From Octopus vulgaris (Eukaryota), in assembly GCA_951406725.2 (NCBI GenBank), contig OX597826.1, forward strand, positions 50,096,001 through 50,160,000: 64,000 nt of DNA. Reading direction: 5' to 3'. Shown piece after piece: positions 63,672 to 64,000 of the stretch. Within the stretch, counting starts at the first letter, position 1; every line of letters begins with the position of its first letter. The translations under genes and the position numbers were made by a program. The notes beneath the pieces were generated by a model. That model worked only from the letters and a program-made list of their open reading frames with translations. It was not told where the DNA came from and did not search any database.

Positions 63672-64000
63672 ATTTAATGTATTGTGGCGTATATATTATA
63701 CTGTTGTATAATGTAGCATAGTGTAAAGCTATGTCGTATAGTGTGTTGTGGGGTTGTGTGGAGTAAACTGCAGGGTAGTGTCATGTGTATAGCCCAGAAC
63801 AGTACGGTGCTGTCTTGTTACAGTTATTAAGACGCTAGGAGGTAGAATCACAATTTAGCTACATGATAGCCTTTAATTACCATTCTTTACCTCCCAATGA
63901 AGTCAACTTAGTTTTTCACTCTTTAGAAATTTAGTAAAATTAAAATCTTCTCAAGTATTGGTGTCGATATACTCGACAATTTATACACACACACACACAC

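Overview
This is AT-rich, repeat-saturated eukaryotic DNA, most likely intronic or intergenic sequence from an octopus-type cephalopod. That assignment is inferred from the SINE families, the 5S sequence and the extreme microsatellite load. I find no credible host protein-coding gene; nearly all tracked ORFs are microsatellite or SINE read-throughs. The window holds about 40 copies of at least four tRNA-headed SINE families. It also holds decayed DNA transposons (mariner, maT/DD37D, Merlin, hAT, piggyBac-type MITEs, a Helitron and a Helentron-type element), LINE 3' remnants (CR1, RTE, R4/Dong) and a 5S rRNA copy fused to a retroposon tail. The most notable signal is a dense set of short non-coding elements carrying minimal hammerhead-ribozyme (HHR) motifs, resembling Penelope pseudo-LTRs or retrozymes. 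They sit in (TA)n/(CA)n tracts, often the internal microsatellite of the dominant SINE. Two are near-perfect fold-backs with the ribozyme motif between the arms. Coordinates were counted by eye and repeat edges may be off by several bases.
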